Shown here: positions 10,321-19,983 of the stretch, piece by piece
Layout: each line of letters starts with the position of its first letter
Numbering within the stretch: position 1 is the stretch's first letter
From: a virus
Lineage: Duplodnaviria > Caudoviricetes
Reading direction: 5' to 3' (one strand)
Length of the DNA stretch: 53,112 nt
IMG/VR virus record: IMGVR_UViG_3300027859_000022
Coordinates: 1 to 53,112 of that record
Position numbers and translations under genes: made by a program
The notes under the pieces: model-generated
Seen by the model: only the letters and a program-made list of their open reading frames with translations
The model's database searches: none
Told to the model about the DNA's origin: nothing

Positions 10321-10598
10321 TGGCTGAATATAAAGGCAAAAAAGTAACTTTGAATAGTCCAAGAGCTCTCCGTCAAGGAGAGCCTGGCTATGGCAAAAAA
10401 AGAAAAGTTGTTTTCGTTATGGGATGTAGTAGCGAAAGCAAAAGAGTAAAAAGAATTACATTTGGTGATGCCAAATTAGGTATGCACAAAAATACAAAAT
10501 CAAGAAAAAAATCTTATTGTGCTAGAAGTGGCGGAATGAAAGGCACGACAGATAGATGTAGTGCTAACTATTGGGCTAGAAAAGATTGGGATTGTTAA
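10320..10598 (+). CDS. Small basic protein
   Basis: K/R-rich. KRITFGD, RKKSYCAR and SANYWARKDWDC. Confidence 0.7.
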   Translation: MAEYKGKKVTLNSPRALRQGEPGYGKKRKVVFVMGCSSESKRVKRITFGDAKLGMHKNTKSRKKSYCARSGGMKGTTDRCSANYWARKDWDC

Positions 10599-10599
10599 T

Positions 10600-10818
10600 A
10601 TGGGTGAAAAAACAAAAAAAGACGCTTGTTATCACAAAGTAAAAGCCAGATATGATGTTTGGCCTTCTGCTTATGCAAGTGGAGCTTTAAGTAAATGTAG
10701 AAAAGTAGGAGCTGCAAATTGGGGCAATTCTAAAAAGAAAAAACCAGTTAAAAAATCAACAGGTGGTTTAGTTTCTGTTAGAGGTCAAGGTGCAGTTATG
10801 AAAGAAAGATTAAGGTAA
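10600..10818 (+). CDS. Small basic protein
   Basis: DACYHKVKARYDVWPSAYASGALSKCR, ending KKSTGGLVSVRGQGAV. Start ATG 10600. Confidence 0.7.
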   Translation: MGEKTKKDACYHKVKARYDVWPSAYASGALSKCRKVGAANWGNSKKKKPVKKSTGGLVSVRGQGAVMKERLR

Positions 10819-11219
10819 TGTCTAAAAATTCATTAAGAGATTGGTTTGCAAAAAATGACGGAAAAGGATGGGTTGACTGTAAAACAGGAAAACCATGTGG
10901 TCGTAAAAAAGGCGAAAAAAGAGCATATCCCGCTTGTCGCCCAACTATGGCTCAATGTACTTCAGCAGCCAAAAAGAAAACTGGCCCAAAAAGAATTAAT
11001 TGGCAAAAAAAATCAACAGGTGGTGAAATGGTAAAAGATAAAAGCAAAGCAGATTTAAATAAAGACGGCAAACTTTCTTCTTACGAAAAGAAAAGAGGTA
11101 TGGCTATTGAAAAAGCTATGGCTCAACAAAATAGAGTAAAAATGAAAAATGGCGGATTTATTGCAAAAGGTTGCGGTCAAGTAATGAATAACCGTAGAAA
11201 AGTAACAAGCATATCTTGA
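10818..11219 (+). CDS. Small basic Cys-containing protein with an EF-hand-like loop
   Basis: GWVDCKTGKPCGRK, YPACRP, DLNKDGKLSSYE and two xxxGG motifs. Confidence 0.7.
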   Translation: MSKNSLRDWFAKNDGKGWVDCKTGKPCGRKKGEKRAYPACRPTMAQCTSAAKKKTGPKRINWQKKSTGGEMVKDKSKADLNKDGKLSSYEKKRGMAIEKAMAQQNRVKMKNGGFIAKGCGQVMNNRRKVTSIS

Positions 11220-11226
11220 GGTAAAA

Positions 11227-11445
11227 ATGACTTTTAAAAAAACAAAAGGGTATAGCGTGAAAAAGATGTCCAAAGGCGGAGCTTTAATGAAGAAGTCCAA
11301 GGGCGGAGCTATGATGAAGAAATCAAAAGGTGGATCTATATTAAAGAAATCCAAAGGCGGTTCTTTAATGAAGAAATCAAAAGGGGGTTCTATGATGAAA
11401 AAATCTAAGGGCGGAGCTTTAAACAAAAACAGTAAAAAGAAATAA
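11227..11445 (+). CDS. Lysine-rich repeat protein (KKSKGG repeats)
   Basis: About six 10-aa units with a 30-nt period. Synonymous divergence between units supports coding. Confidence 0.75.
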   Translation: MTFKKTKGYSVKKMSKGGALMKKSKGGAMMKKSKGGSILKKSKGGSLMKKSKGGSMMKKSKGGALNKNSKKK

Positions 11446-11474
11446 CTTTTTAGTTTAAAAAACAACTTACATTT

Positions 11475-12149
11475 ATGTCATACTTACTTAGTAATGTCCC
11501 ACATTTTAAATGTTGGGTAAGAAGGGAATTTACTCACAATCACGAAAAATACCATGACGAGTATTTACATGCTTTAGTTATTGCAGTTAATACTATTCCA
11601 GATAGGTCTTTGAGTTTTCAAGTAGTCTTTACGGGTTGTGAGTCAGATTGTGAAGATAACAACGAGCCGAATATCCATGGCGGAGCTATGTGGGCTAGAA
11701 TGCCTATTCAGGCTTTAGTGGCTGATATTCCTATGGATGATTTTCCTAAACCAATGGAAGATCATATTGCACAACCTTGGGATTGTGAATCTAGAAACCA
11801 CTCAGTAATAGTTATGGATAGAGTAAGCTCATCACCTTGGCTTTGTAAATTAGATGGCGAATTTTTTAAAGGAAGATATTTGTTTACTGTTGATTATACT
11901 GACTCCGATATTGCTGACGATAGTGCACAACATAAACAATCTCATGTATTATATATAACAGAAGATTGTAAATGGAAAGGTAACTTAGTAGCCTTACCAA
12001 ACAACAGAGTAAGGGCTACAAGTCCTGCTCTTTGGGTAACAGGAGATGGTGCTCCTGACTTTAAACCTTCACAATGGACACATTCTGCTGAAGGACACGA
12101 AAGTTACTTAGATCCTGCAATAACTTTTGATAACTTATATGAAGATTAA
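11475..12149 (+). CDS. Conserved hypothetical phage protein
   Basis: 224 aa globular protein. GGAMWARMPI, QPWDC, HKQSH and LPNNR. Confidence 0.75.
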   Translation: MSYLLSNVPHFKCWVRREFTHNHEKYHDEYLHALVIAVNTIPDRSLSFQVVFTGCESDCEDNNEPNIHGGAMWARMPIQALVADIPMDDFPKPMEDHIAQPWDCESRNHSVIVMDRVSSSPWLCKLDGEFFKGRYLFTVDYTDSDIADDSAQHKQSHVLYITEDCKWKGNLVALPNNRVRATSPALWVTGDGAPDFKPSQWTHSAEGHESYLDPAITFDNLYED

Positions 12150-12820
12150 TGGCATTATCAGGTAGCACAAATTTTGAACCAAATGTAACTGAGTTTATAG
12201 AAGAGGCTTTTGAAAGATGCGGTATAGAGCTCAGAACTGGGTATGATTTAAGAACTGCAAAAAGGTCTATTAACATCATGTTAGCTGAGTGGGCTAACAG
12301 AGGTCTTAATCAATGGACTATTGAGCAAACTACTCAAACAGTAACAGAAGGAACCAATAGCTACAGTTTAAATTCTAATGTAATTGATATTTTAGATATG
12401 GTTGTTAGAAGAACAACTAATTCTGTAAATACAGACACTAATATGAGCAGAATAAGTAGAAGTGAGTATTTAAATATTCCAAACAAAGATACAAAAGCTA
12501 GACCTAATCAATTCTTTTTTGACAAGCAAACAACACCTGCAATAAAGGTTTATCCTACACCAGAAAATTCTACAGACATTTTGGTTTTTAATAAGTTAGT
12601 TAGAATGGATGATGCTGATACTGCAACAAACACAATGGATTTACCTTTTAGATTTTATCCATGTTTTGCAGCAGGTCTTGCTTACTATATAAGTATAAAA
12701 AGAGCTCCGCAAAGAACAGCAGAACTAAAAGCAATCTACGAAGAAGAATTTAGAAGAGCTGCTGACCAAGACGAAGATAAAGCTTCTTTTAGATTAAGGC
12801 CTTATTTAAGGAATGTCTAA
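12149..12820 (+). CDS. Head-tail adaptor-like protein
   Basis: IEEAFERCG, EWANRGLNQW, YPTP and AGLAYYIS. Position in the virion module. Confidence 0.65.
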   Translation: MALSGSTNFEPNVTEFIEEAFERCGIELRTGYDLRTAKRSINIMLAEWANRGLNQWTIEQTTQTVTEGTNSYSLNSNVIDILDMVVRRTTNSVNTDTNMSRISRSEYLNIPNKDTKARPNQFFFDKQTTPAIKVYPTPENSTDILVFNKLVRMDDADTATNTMDLPFRFYPCFAAGLAYYISIKRAPQRTAELKAIYEEEFRRAADQDEDKASFRLRPYLRNV

Positions 12821-13605
12821 TGGCTTATGCAAGTGGTAAATTTGCATACGCTTTATGTGATAGATGCGGGTTTCGATATAAGTACAAAGATTTAAGAAAA
12901 GAATGGAATGGTGCTAAAACTTGTCGTTCTTGTTATGAAGAAAAACATCCTCAATTAGAAACTACGAGAAATGTTATAGATCCAGAAGCTTTGTATGAAG
13001 CTAGACCTAATACAGATAGGGAGGTTGGAAACGGTAGGGTTTCAACTAATAATGATTTAGTAGGCAGAACATTTGTAGGTTTTAAAACAAATGTATCTTT
13101 AGGAACTTTAACGGTTACAGAAAATGATAGTGGTACATCTCAAAACCTAAGTTCTCAAGAAGCTACAGCTAGTTTAGGATCTGTTTCAGTAACAGGTAAT
13201 ATAGGAATTAATGTTTCTATATCTCTTAACGAAGCTACAGCTTCAACAGGAGCAGTAACTATTAATTCAAATGTAGCCACTTACTTAGTAGAAGTTGCTT
13301 CTTACCTAGGTTCTAACAAATACTTTATAGATAGTCTTGTTACTCCTACTTTGACTTTATCTGAGGGAAGCACTTACATATTTGACCAATCTCAATCAAG
13401 TAATGCAGGACATCCTTTAAGATTTTCAACAACATCTGATGGCACACATAATAGTGGTACAGAGTACACTACAGGAGTTACAACAAATGGAACACCAGGA
13501 AGTTCAGGAGCATATACTCAAATAGTAGTTGCGGTAGGAGCACCTACACTTTACTATTATTGTACTAACCACTCAGGTATGGGAGGTCAAGCAAATACTC
13601 CTTAA
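12820..13605 (+). CDS. Virion protein with N-terminal CxxC pairs and a C-terminal cupredoxin-like domain
   Basis: CDRC...CRSC at the N-terminus. GHPLRFS...LYYYCTNHSGMGG at the C-terminus. Confidence 0.6.
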   Translation: MAYASGKFAYALCDRCGFRYKYKDLRKEWNGAKTCRSCYEEKHPQLETTRNVIDPEALYEARPNTDREVGNGRVSTNNDLVGRTFVGFKTNVSLGTLTVTENDSGTSQNLSSQEATASLGSVSVTGNIGINVSISLNEATASTGAVTINSNVATYLVEVASYLGSNKYFIDSLVTPTLTLSEGSTYIFDQSQSSNAGHPLRFSTTSDGTHNSGTEYTTGVTTNGTPGSSGAYTQIVVAVGAPTLYYYCTNHSGMGGQANTP

Positions 13606-13622
13606 TTTGATATAATTTAATT

Positions 13623-14297
13623 ATGACTTTATCTGAATTGAAAACCCTAATACAAAATTATGTAGAGAATGATGAAACTACCTTTACAAGCACTTTGAAT
13701 GACATTATTAAAAATGCAGAGGAAAGAATTTTTGAATTAGTGCAATTTGATTTTTTCAAAAAAAATGTAACTGGTGTTTTAACTACAGGTAATAGATTTT
13801 TAACTGCACCATCAGATTATGTTTTATCTACTTACTTAGCTGTAAAAGATAGTAATGGAGATTACACATATTTAGAAAAAAAACATTCATCTTTTATGCA
13901 AGAATACTCTGTTGATCCAACAGACGCTTCTCTTAGAGGAAAACCTTTATATTATGCTGATTACGATAAAGAATTATCTACAGCATCTGATAATGGCTCA
14001 ACCTTAGTATTAGCACCTGTACCAGATAGTAATTACGCAGTTGAGTTGCAATATGTTTATAAACCAGCTTCCATTGTTACAAACACAACAGGTACTTGGC
14101 TATCTACAAACGCTAGAAATGGTTTGTTATTTGCTTGTTTATCTGAAGCTTATTTATTTATGAAAGGAGATGCTCAGTTGCAAGAGCAATACGAAAGAAG
14201 ATTTCAAGAAGAAATATCAAGATTGAAAAATAGAGCTGAAGGCAGAGGAAGAAGAGATGAATATCGCTTTGATTCTTTGCGTTCTCAAATAACCTAG
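13623..14297 (+). CDS. Head-tail adaptor/tail tubular-like protein
   Basis: MTLSELKTLIQNY, IKNAEERI, LAPVPDSNY and LLFACLSEAYLFMK. Confidence 0.65.
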   Translation: MTLSELKTLIQNYVENDETTFTSTLNDIIKNAEERIFELVQFDFFKKNVTGVLTTGNRFLTAPSDYVLSTYLAVKDSNGDYTYLEKKHSSFMQEYSVDPTDASLRGKPLYYADYDKELSTASDNGSTLVLAPVPDSNYAVELQYVYKPASIVTNTTGTWLSTNARNGLLFACLSEAYLFMKGDAQLQEQYERRFQEEISRLKNRAEGRGRRDEYRFDSLRSQIT

Positions 14298-14308
14298 AGG
14301 AGGTAAAA

Positions 14309-15046
14309 ATGGAGAAGATAGAATCCCTAAAGGGCAAAACCGTAGCTATAGTAGGTATGGGAAGAAGTTGGCACGACTACAATTTAGCTAAATCACATGG
14401 CATACACTTTGACGAAGTTTGGGCTATAAATTCTGTTGCAAGTGTAATATTTCACGATAGAGTTTTTATGATGGATCCTCCATCAAGATTTTTAGATAGT
14501 GATGATGCGGGAGGTCAAACCGACACTATGCGAAAACTTTTACAAAAACATGACAAGCCAATATATTCTTGTATTACAGACGAAAGATGCCCAACTGTAG
14601 TTGAGTACCCAATAAGAGAATTAGTAAGAGATACGCATTGTTATTATTTAAATAATACAGTCGCTTATGCAATAGCTTTTGCTTATTGGAATGAAATAGC
14701 AAATCTTAAAATGTTTGGTATTGATTTTAGTTATAAAGGTAATTTGCACTTTGCAGAAGCTGGTAGAGGATGTTGTGAATTTTGGTTAGATAAGTGTATG
14801 CACAAAGATATTCAGGTAGAAGTTGCTAACAGTTCTGCTTTATTAGATTCAAATGAAGATGCTCAGGATAAATTGTATGGTTACCACAGACTAAAAGATC
14901 CTATGGTTGTTGTCTTAGACGAAGAAAAAAAATTAAAAGTTTTAAAGAAAAGTGAATACGAATCTTCTATAACTAGGTCAGAAAGAACACCTGTTATGGT
15001 AGATAGAAATGATCCTAATGTTCTTGGAGAGCCAAAAAAATGGTAG
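14309..15046 (+). CDS. Putative glycosyltransferase-like protein (CstII/MptE-like fold)
   Basis: VAIVGMGRS, EVWAIN, NTVAYAIAFA and MFGIDF. Confidence 0.45.
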   Translation: MEKIESLKGKTVAIVGMGRSWHDYNLAKSHGIHFDEVWAINSVASVIFHDRVFMMDPPSRFLDSDDAGGQTDTMRKLLQKHDKPIYSCITDERCPTVVEYPIRELVRDTHCYYLNNTVAYAIAFAYWNEIANLKMFGIDFSYKGNLHFAEAGRGCCEFWLDKCMHKDIQVEVANSSALLDSNEDAQDKLYGYHRLKDPMVVVLDEEKKLKVLKKSEYESSITRSERTPVMVDRNDPNVLGEPKKW

Positions 15047-15333
15047 ATGAAATAACGCCAGGGGTTTCTTTTGAGCTTGGCTTGGTCGAAACTAAAACCA
15101 CCAATAATGGAGGTCATTCTCCTGAATTTTGGGCGGAAAGATTAACAGAAAAAATAGTTGGGTATTCTGAAGATAATGAACCTCATGTAAAAGAACAGGC
15201 TAAAGCTTTTAGAGATGTAATTTACAAAGTTTGTTTAATTTACATAAAAAATGCTATAAAATCATATCAATCCACTTTAAAACAAGATTTAATTAAAAGT
15301 GGAGAAAACGAATTAGCAAAAATTATTAAATAA
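15040..15333 (+). CDS. Hypothetical protein
   Basis: ORF track. TTNNGGHSPEFWAER. Confidence 0.65.
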   Translation: MVDEITPGVSFELGLVETKTTNNGGHSPEFWAERLTEKIVGYSEDNEPHVKEQAKAFRDVIYKVCLIYIKNAIKSYQSTLKQDLIKSGENELAKIIK

Positions 15334-15348
15334 AATTAAAGGTAAATC

Positions 15349-15777
15349 ATGGCTATTACTTCCACACTAACCTCTAGTTTTAAGAAAGAATTACTGCTTG
15401 GTAATCACAATTTTACCAATAGTTCGGGAGATACTTATAAACTAGCTTTATACACAAGTTCCGCTACATTAGGGGCAACTACCACTTCTTTTACTACAAC
15501 AGGTCAAGCAAGTGGTACTAACTACACATCTGGTGGTGGTACTTTAACTAATGTAACTCCAACTATAAGTGGCACAACTGCTATAACTGATTTTTCAGAT
15601 TTAACATTTAGTACGGCAACAATAACAGCTAGAGGTTGTATGATCTATAACAGTTCTGATTCTAATAAGTCAGTAGCTACTATTGATTTTGGTGGAGATA
15701 AAACTTCAACTGCTGGAGACTTTACAATAGTTTTTCCTGCGGCAGCAGCTAGTACAGCCATTATAAGAATAGCTTAG
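15349..15777 (+). CDS. Tail/fibre-associated structural protein
   Basis: YKLALYTS, NYTSGG and IDFGGDKTST. Confidence 0.65.
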   Translation: MAITSTLTSSFKKELLLGNHNFTNSSGDTYKLALYTSSATLGATTTSFTTTGQASGTNYTSGGGTLTNVTPTISGTTAITDFSDLTFSTATITARGCMIYNSSDSNKSVATIDFGGDKTSTAGDFTIVFPAAAASTAIIRIA

Positions 15778-15786
15778 GAGGAGGGC

Positions 15787-17223
15787 ATGGCTCTTGTCCT
15801 TAACGATAGGGTAAAAGAAACCACTACTACTACAGGCACAGGCACCGTAAATTTAGCTGGAGCAGAAACAGGCTTTGAATCTTTTGTAGCTGGAATTGGT
15901 AATTCTAATACCTGCTATTACACGATTGCTCATCAATCAGCAGATGAATTTGAAGTAGGTTTAGGAACAGTTACAGATGCCTCTCCCGATACATTGGCTA
16001 GAACTACAGTTATAAGCAGTTCTAATTCTGATTCCGCAGTTAATTTTTCTTCAGGAACTAAAGATGTATTTTGTACATTACCTGCAAGTAAAGCTGTATT
16101 TCTTAATAGCTCTGCGGATATAAACCTTGCGGATAGTAGTAAAATTTTATTAGGAGCAGGAGATGATTTACAAATTTATCATGACGGCAATAATAGTATT
16201 ATTGCTGATGAAGGAACTGGTGGTTTATTTTTAAGAGGAACAAATACTGTAGATATACAAAGTGCACTAGGACATAACTACTTAAAATCTACAATAAGTG
16301 CAGGAACTCAAATTTATTACGATAACTCAGAAAAGTTTGCAACTGTATCAGGCGGAGTAAAAGTTACAGGTAACATTGAGAATGCTTCTGGAGATATGAC
16401 TCTTGATGTTGCAGGGGATATTATTCTTGATGCTGATGGCGGAAGTATTTCACTTAAAGATAATGGTACAGAAATAGGTCTTTTTACTTTAGACAATTCT
16501 GGTTATTTTGATATTTTTTCTTCTGTATCAGATGCTGATTTAAGAATAAGAGGAAACGATGGTGGCTCAACAATAAATGCTCTTACTTTTGATATGTCTG
16601 ATGCAGGAAGAGCTATATTTAATGGTTCTGTTGATATTGGAGGTACTTCGATTACGAGAACAGGAGATTTAACTTTAGATGTATCTGGAGATATTATTTT
16701 AGATGCTGGTGGAGAACACATAAGGTTTTATGATGACGGCAATGAGTGGGGAAACATTGAAAGTGGCTCTTCAAACTTTAATTTAACAGTTACAGGGCAA
16801 GACAACGATTTTGTATTTTTAGGAAATGATGGTGGCTCAGGTATTATTGCTTTAAGAATTGATATGTCAGATGCAGGAGCATTAATTTGTAATGGTAATA
16901 TCACAGCTTTTGGAAGTACATCAGATATAAGATTAAAAGAAAATATTGAAGTTATTCCTGATGCTATTAATAAAGTAAAACAATTAAAAGGAATTACTTT
17001 TAATTACAAAAAAGATGGAAAGAAAAGCACAGGTTTAATAGCACAAGATTTAGAAAAAGTATTACCAGAAGCAGTTTACGAAACTTCTGATGTAGATGAT
17101 GAAGATAAACACTTAGCTGTTCGTTACGGGAATACAGTAGGTTTATTAGTCGAAGCTATAAAAGAACAACAAGAACAAATAGAAACTCTTACAGCTAGAG
17201 TAAAAGAATTAGAAGGTAAATAA
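15787..17223 (+). CDS. Tail fibre 1 with C-terminal intramolecular chaperone (peptidase S74)
   Basis: N-terminal DRVKETTTTTGTG, repeated LDVxGDIILDAxG units, SDIRLKENI autocleavage motif and a final coiled coil. Confidence 0.85.
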   Translation: MALVLNDRVKETTTTTGTGTVNLAGAETGFESFVAGIGNSNTCYYTIAHQSADEFEVGLGTVTDASPDTLARTTVISSSNSDSAVNFSSGTKDVFCTLPASKAVFLNSSADINLADSSKILLGAGDDLQIYHDGNNSIIADEGTGGLFLRGTNTVDIQSALGHNYLKSTISAGTQIYYDNSEKFATVSGGVKVTGNIENASGDMTLDVAGDIILDADGGSISLKDNGTEIGLFTLDNSGYFDIFSSVSDADLRIRGNDGGSTINALTFDMSDAGRAIFNGSVDIGGTSITRTGDLTLDVSGDIILDAGGEHIRFYDDGNEWGNIESGSSNFNLTVTGQDNDFVFLGNDGGSGIIALRIDMSDAGALICNGNITAFGSTSDIRLKENIEVIPDAINKVKQLKGITFNYKKDGKKSTGLIAQDLEKVLPEAVYETSDVDDEDKHLAVRYGNTVGLLVEAIKEQQEQIETLTARVKELEGK

Positions 17224-17861
17224 TGGCTACTCCAAGTTCAGGTGCCATAAGTTTAAATGAAATGCACGTTGAAGTAGGTGGTTCTTCTGGATCTACAGTA
17301 TCAATTAATGATTCCGATATAAGAGCATTAACAGGCAAAAGCTCAGGTGCTACAGCTTCTTGGAACGACTACTATGACAAAGCAAAAGATTGGAGTATCT
17401 CAATGACTGTTGGTGCAACAAATGTTTTTACTGCCGCAGGTGATTATAATGCTGAGTCAAATATAAGATATAAGGGATATAACACTACTTTTAGACCCAG
17501 CGGTACTAATTATGGTTCTATGAATGACTACGCTGACTCTGATTTTTTAGGTGGACAAACTATAGAAACTTTTAACGTATCTGGAAATAGTACAGTCACT
17601 ACGTCTCAAGCAACTACAATGTTGTTTGCGACTGACAGTTCTTCAGCACTTGTTGCGAATAATGATACTGCATTTAAAAAAGTTACTATAAACAGTAATG
17701 TTTACAACAGAAGTGATGCTACTTATACAGGTGCTTCTGGAGATAGAAGTCAATGGCAATGGGCAATAAATCAAACTGTTGCAGACGATAATACTTCTGC
17801 TCAAACTCCTTTTACTGCTCCAGGTAACTCTTGTTCTATTGTTTTTAGTAGAAACCCATGA
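17223..17861 (+). CDS. Fibre-associated putative receptor-binding protein 1
   Basis: MATPSSGAISLNEMHVEVGG...SINDSDIR. N-terminus is paralogous to 21122..21841. Confidence 0.6.
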   Translation: MATPSSGAISLNEMHVEVGGSSGSTVSINDSDIRALTGKSSGATASWNDYYDKAKDWSISMTVGATNVFTAAGDYNAESNIRYKGYNTTFRPSGTNYGSMNDYADSDFLGGQTIETFNVSGNSTVTTSQATTMLFATDSSSALVANNDTAFKKVTINSNVYNRSDATYTGASGDRSQWQWAINQTVADDNTSAQTPFTAPGNSCSIVFSRNP

Positions 17862-18883
17862 GCAAAATAAAACTAGCAAAATATACAGAAGAATTTGGAA
17901 ATATAGGGATAAATCCTGACGTTGATGAAAAAGACAAACCCTTTAATAGAATATCTTTATGGGTACAAGATCCAATTACAAAACAAAATTTGCGTTATGA
18001 ATGGAACAAAACAGATAGCGGAATAATTCTTACTGAAGAAGGTGATGACACTTATGTAGAAACTAAAGATGTCGAGTATTATCAAAAATTGTGGGAAGCA
18101 AATACCTATCAAGAATTTTTAGCTCTTTCTACTTTAATACCACCTAAAGAAACAGATACTTATAACATTGAAAATAATATGGCTGTGCCAAAAAGCACCA
18201 ACACTTATGATGAAGTTTATGTAAACAAAAAATTAGTAAGAACTGATTACAATATAGGACTATGGCAATCTGATAAGTTAATAGAAGAAGTAGAAAAAGT
18301 ATTTGGCAAAGACCAAGAATGGAAGGGCAATAGATTTAATATTATTGGTACTTATCAAGAACATGATGATGCACCTTTAAGACCACCATACACGAATGTA
18401 AAAACATATAGTTGGTACAATGTTTTTACAGATGTTCCGACAGAAACATTGAATGCTTTTAAAGTTCCTGATGTGGGCTACACATACAAAGAATGGAACG
18501 CTATAAAATACAATACAGTAACAGGTAAAAAGCAATTTAAGTTGGTTATAGCAGATACGGAACATACAAGTAATTATCAAAAGCACCCTAACACTTTTAT
18601 ACCAAGACCTGAAGTTCCTGTTTATGCACCATCAACTTTCTTTTTTGCAAAAATTTTTAATGAAGATGGTACAGAAGCAGATGAGTATGACGTTTTCTTT
18701 ACAACCACTAAAGATATTATGAAAGAATTTTGTAAAGAAAAAAATTTAAATTTTCCTGTTCCTGAAAACAGAGAAGATGATTTTATTTGGATATACGGCT
18801 TAGTTTATGATAAAAAAACTTTAGAAATTAAACAGGTAAAAGGCTATATTCGTTATCCTACAGACCAAGGCGAATGGCTATAA
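17858..18883 (+). CDS. Hypothetical protein
   Basis: 341 aa ORF coupled by an ATGA-type overlap. No motif recognised. Confidence 0.7.
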   Translation: MSKIKLAKYTEEFGNIGINPDVDEKDKPFNRISLWVQDPITKQNLRYEWNKTDSGIILTEEGDDTYVETKDVEYYQKLWEANTYQEFLALSTLIPPKETDTYNIENNMAVPKSTNTYDEVYVNKKLVRTDYNIGLWQSDKLIEEVEKVFGKDQEWKGNRFNIIGTYQEHDDAPLRPPYTNVKTYSWYNVFTDVPTETLNAFKVPDVGYTYKEWNAIKYNTVTGKKQFKLVIADTEHTSNYQKHPNTFIPRPEVPVYAPSTFFFAKIFNEDGTEADEYDVFFTTTKDIMKEFCKEKNLNFPVPENREDDFIWIYGLVYDKKTLEIKQVKGYIRYPTDQGEWL

Positions 18884-18978
18884 AGTTAGACACAAAAAAA
18901 ATAGACAAAAAATTCTACAAAAAAGTAGAAGAAGAAAAAAAATTACGCAAGGAATTTAGAAAAAAATTTTATAATTAA
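18874..18978 (+). CDS. Small lysine-rich ORF (34 aa)
   Basis: MAIKLDTKKIDKKFYKK...; fills the gap to 18981. Confidence 0.4.
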   Translation: MAIKLDTKKIDKKFYKKVEEEKKLRKEFRKKFYN

Positions 18979-18980
18979 TT

Positions 18981-19946
18981 ATGTTTGGTAATAGTGCATT
19001 TGCAGAAACTCCTTTCGCAGCTCTTGGAGGGGTTGACGGAAGTGTAAGTGTAAGTTTAACTGGTCAAGCTGGCACAAGTGCTGTTGGCTCTTTTACTTTT
19101 ATAGCAAAAGCAAATGTAACTCCTAGTTCTCAAGTTGGTACATCAGCTTTAGGTTCAATTACATCTATTGCTAAAGCTATAACTTCTATAAGCGGAAATT
19201 CATCAACAAGTTCATTAGGCACTATTTCAACAGATGCTGAAGCAAATGTAACTCCAAGCGGTCAATCAATAACAAGTGCAGTAAGTAGTGTAGGTGTAAA
19301 TGGAAGTGTTGTTGCAGTTTTACCAAGTGTTTCAGCAAATGTTGGCTCTGTAAGTGTAAGCATTACGGCAAAAGCAAATGTTTCAATACCTTTGGCTGAT
19401 GAAGGAGAATCTGCTTTAGGTAGCGTTGCTACTATATCTAAATCTAATGTTACTCCAACTACTTTAGTAGCTACTGCAAATGTAGGATCTACAACTCAAA
19501 AAGGTTTTGCAAATACAAATTTATCAAGCCAAATTGGCACAACATCTTTAGGAACGCCTAGTACTTCTATAAGTATTTCAGTTTCTTTAAGCGGAGTTGC
19601 TGCAACAAGCTCTGTAGGAACAGTTACTCAAAAATCATCAAATAAAGTATCTGTATCAGGTTTAACTGCAACTGGCTCACTTGGATTACCAACTTTTATA
19701 GGTAAAGCTAATATTTCTGTTGTTGGGGTACAATCTATTGGTTCTGTAGGTACAGTATTAGTTTGGTCAGATGTAAATCAAAGTCAAAGCTCTAATTTTA
19801 ATCAAACTACTAATACTCAAACACCTAGTTGGTCAGGTACAAGTGAAGATCAAAGTTCCAACTTTAGTCAAACTACTAGCACACAAACACCTAGTTGGTC
19901 GGATGTAAATGATTCAGAAACGCCTTCTTGGGAAGAAGTAGCTTAA
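18981..19946 (+). CDS. Repetitive Ser/Gly/Val-rich virion protein
   Basis: MFGNSAFAETPFA start, quasi-repeats xGQxxTSAxGS...AKANV, and C-terminal QTPSW repeats. Confidence 0.7.
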   Translation: MFGNSAFAETPFAALGGVDGSVSVSLTGQAGTSAVGSFTFIAKANVTPSSQVGTSALGSITSIAKAITSISGNSSTSSLGTISTDAEANVTPSGQSITSAVSSVGVNGSVVAVLPSVSANVGSVSVSITAKANVSIPLADEGESALGSVATISKSNVTPTTLVATANVGSTTQKGFANTNLSSQIGTTSLGTPSTSISISVSLSGVAATSSVGTVTQKSSNKVSVSGLTATGSLGLPTFIGKANISVVGVQSIGSVGTVLVWSDVNQSQSSNFNQTTNTQTPSWSGTSEDQSSNFSQTTSTQTPSWSDVNDSETPSWEEVA

Positions 19947-19983
19947 AAACAATAATTTAATTATAATTTAACAGAGGTTAAAA

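Noticed and set aside
11055-11465. Minus-strand PPLDFF repeat ORF
   Set aside because: It is the antisense shadow of the KKSKGG gene, which has an RBS and fits the operon direction.
19781-19902. 66-nt period repeat at the end of gene 18981
   Set aside because: An ordinary in-frame coding repeat of the QTPSW units.
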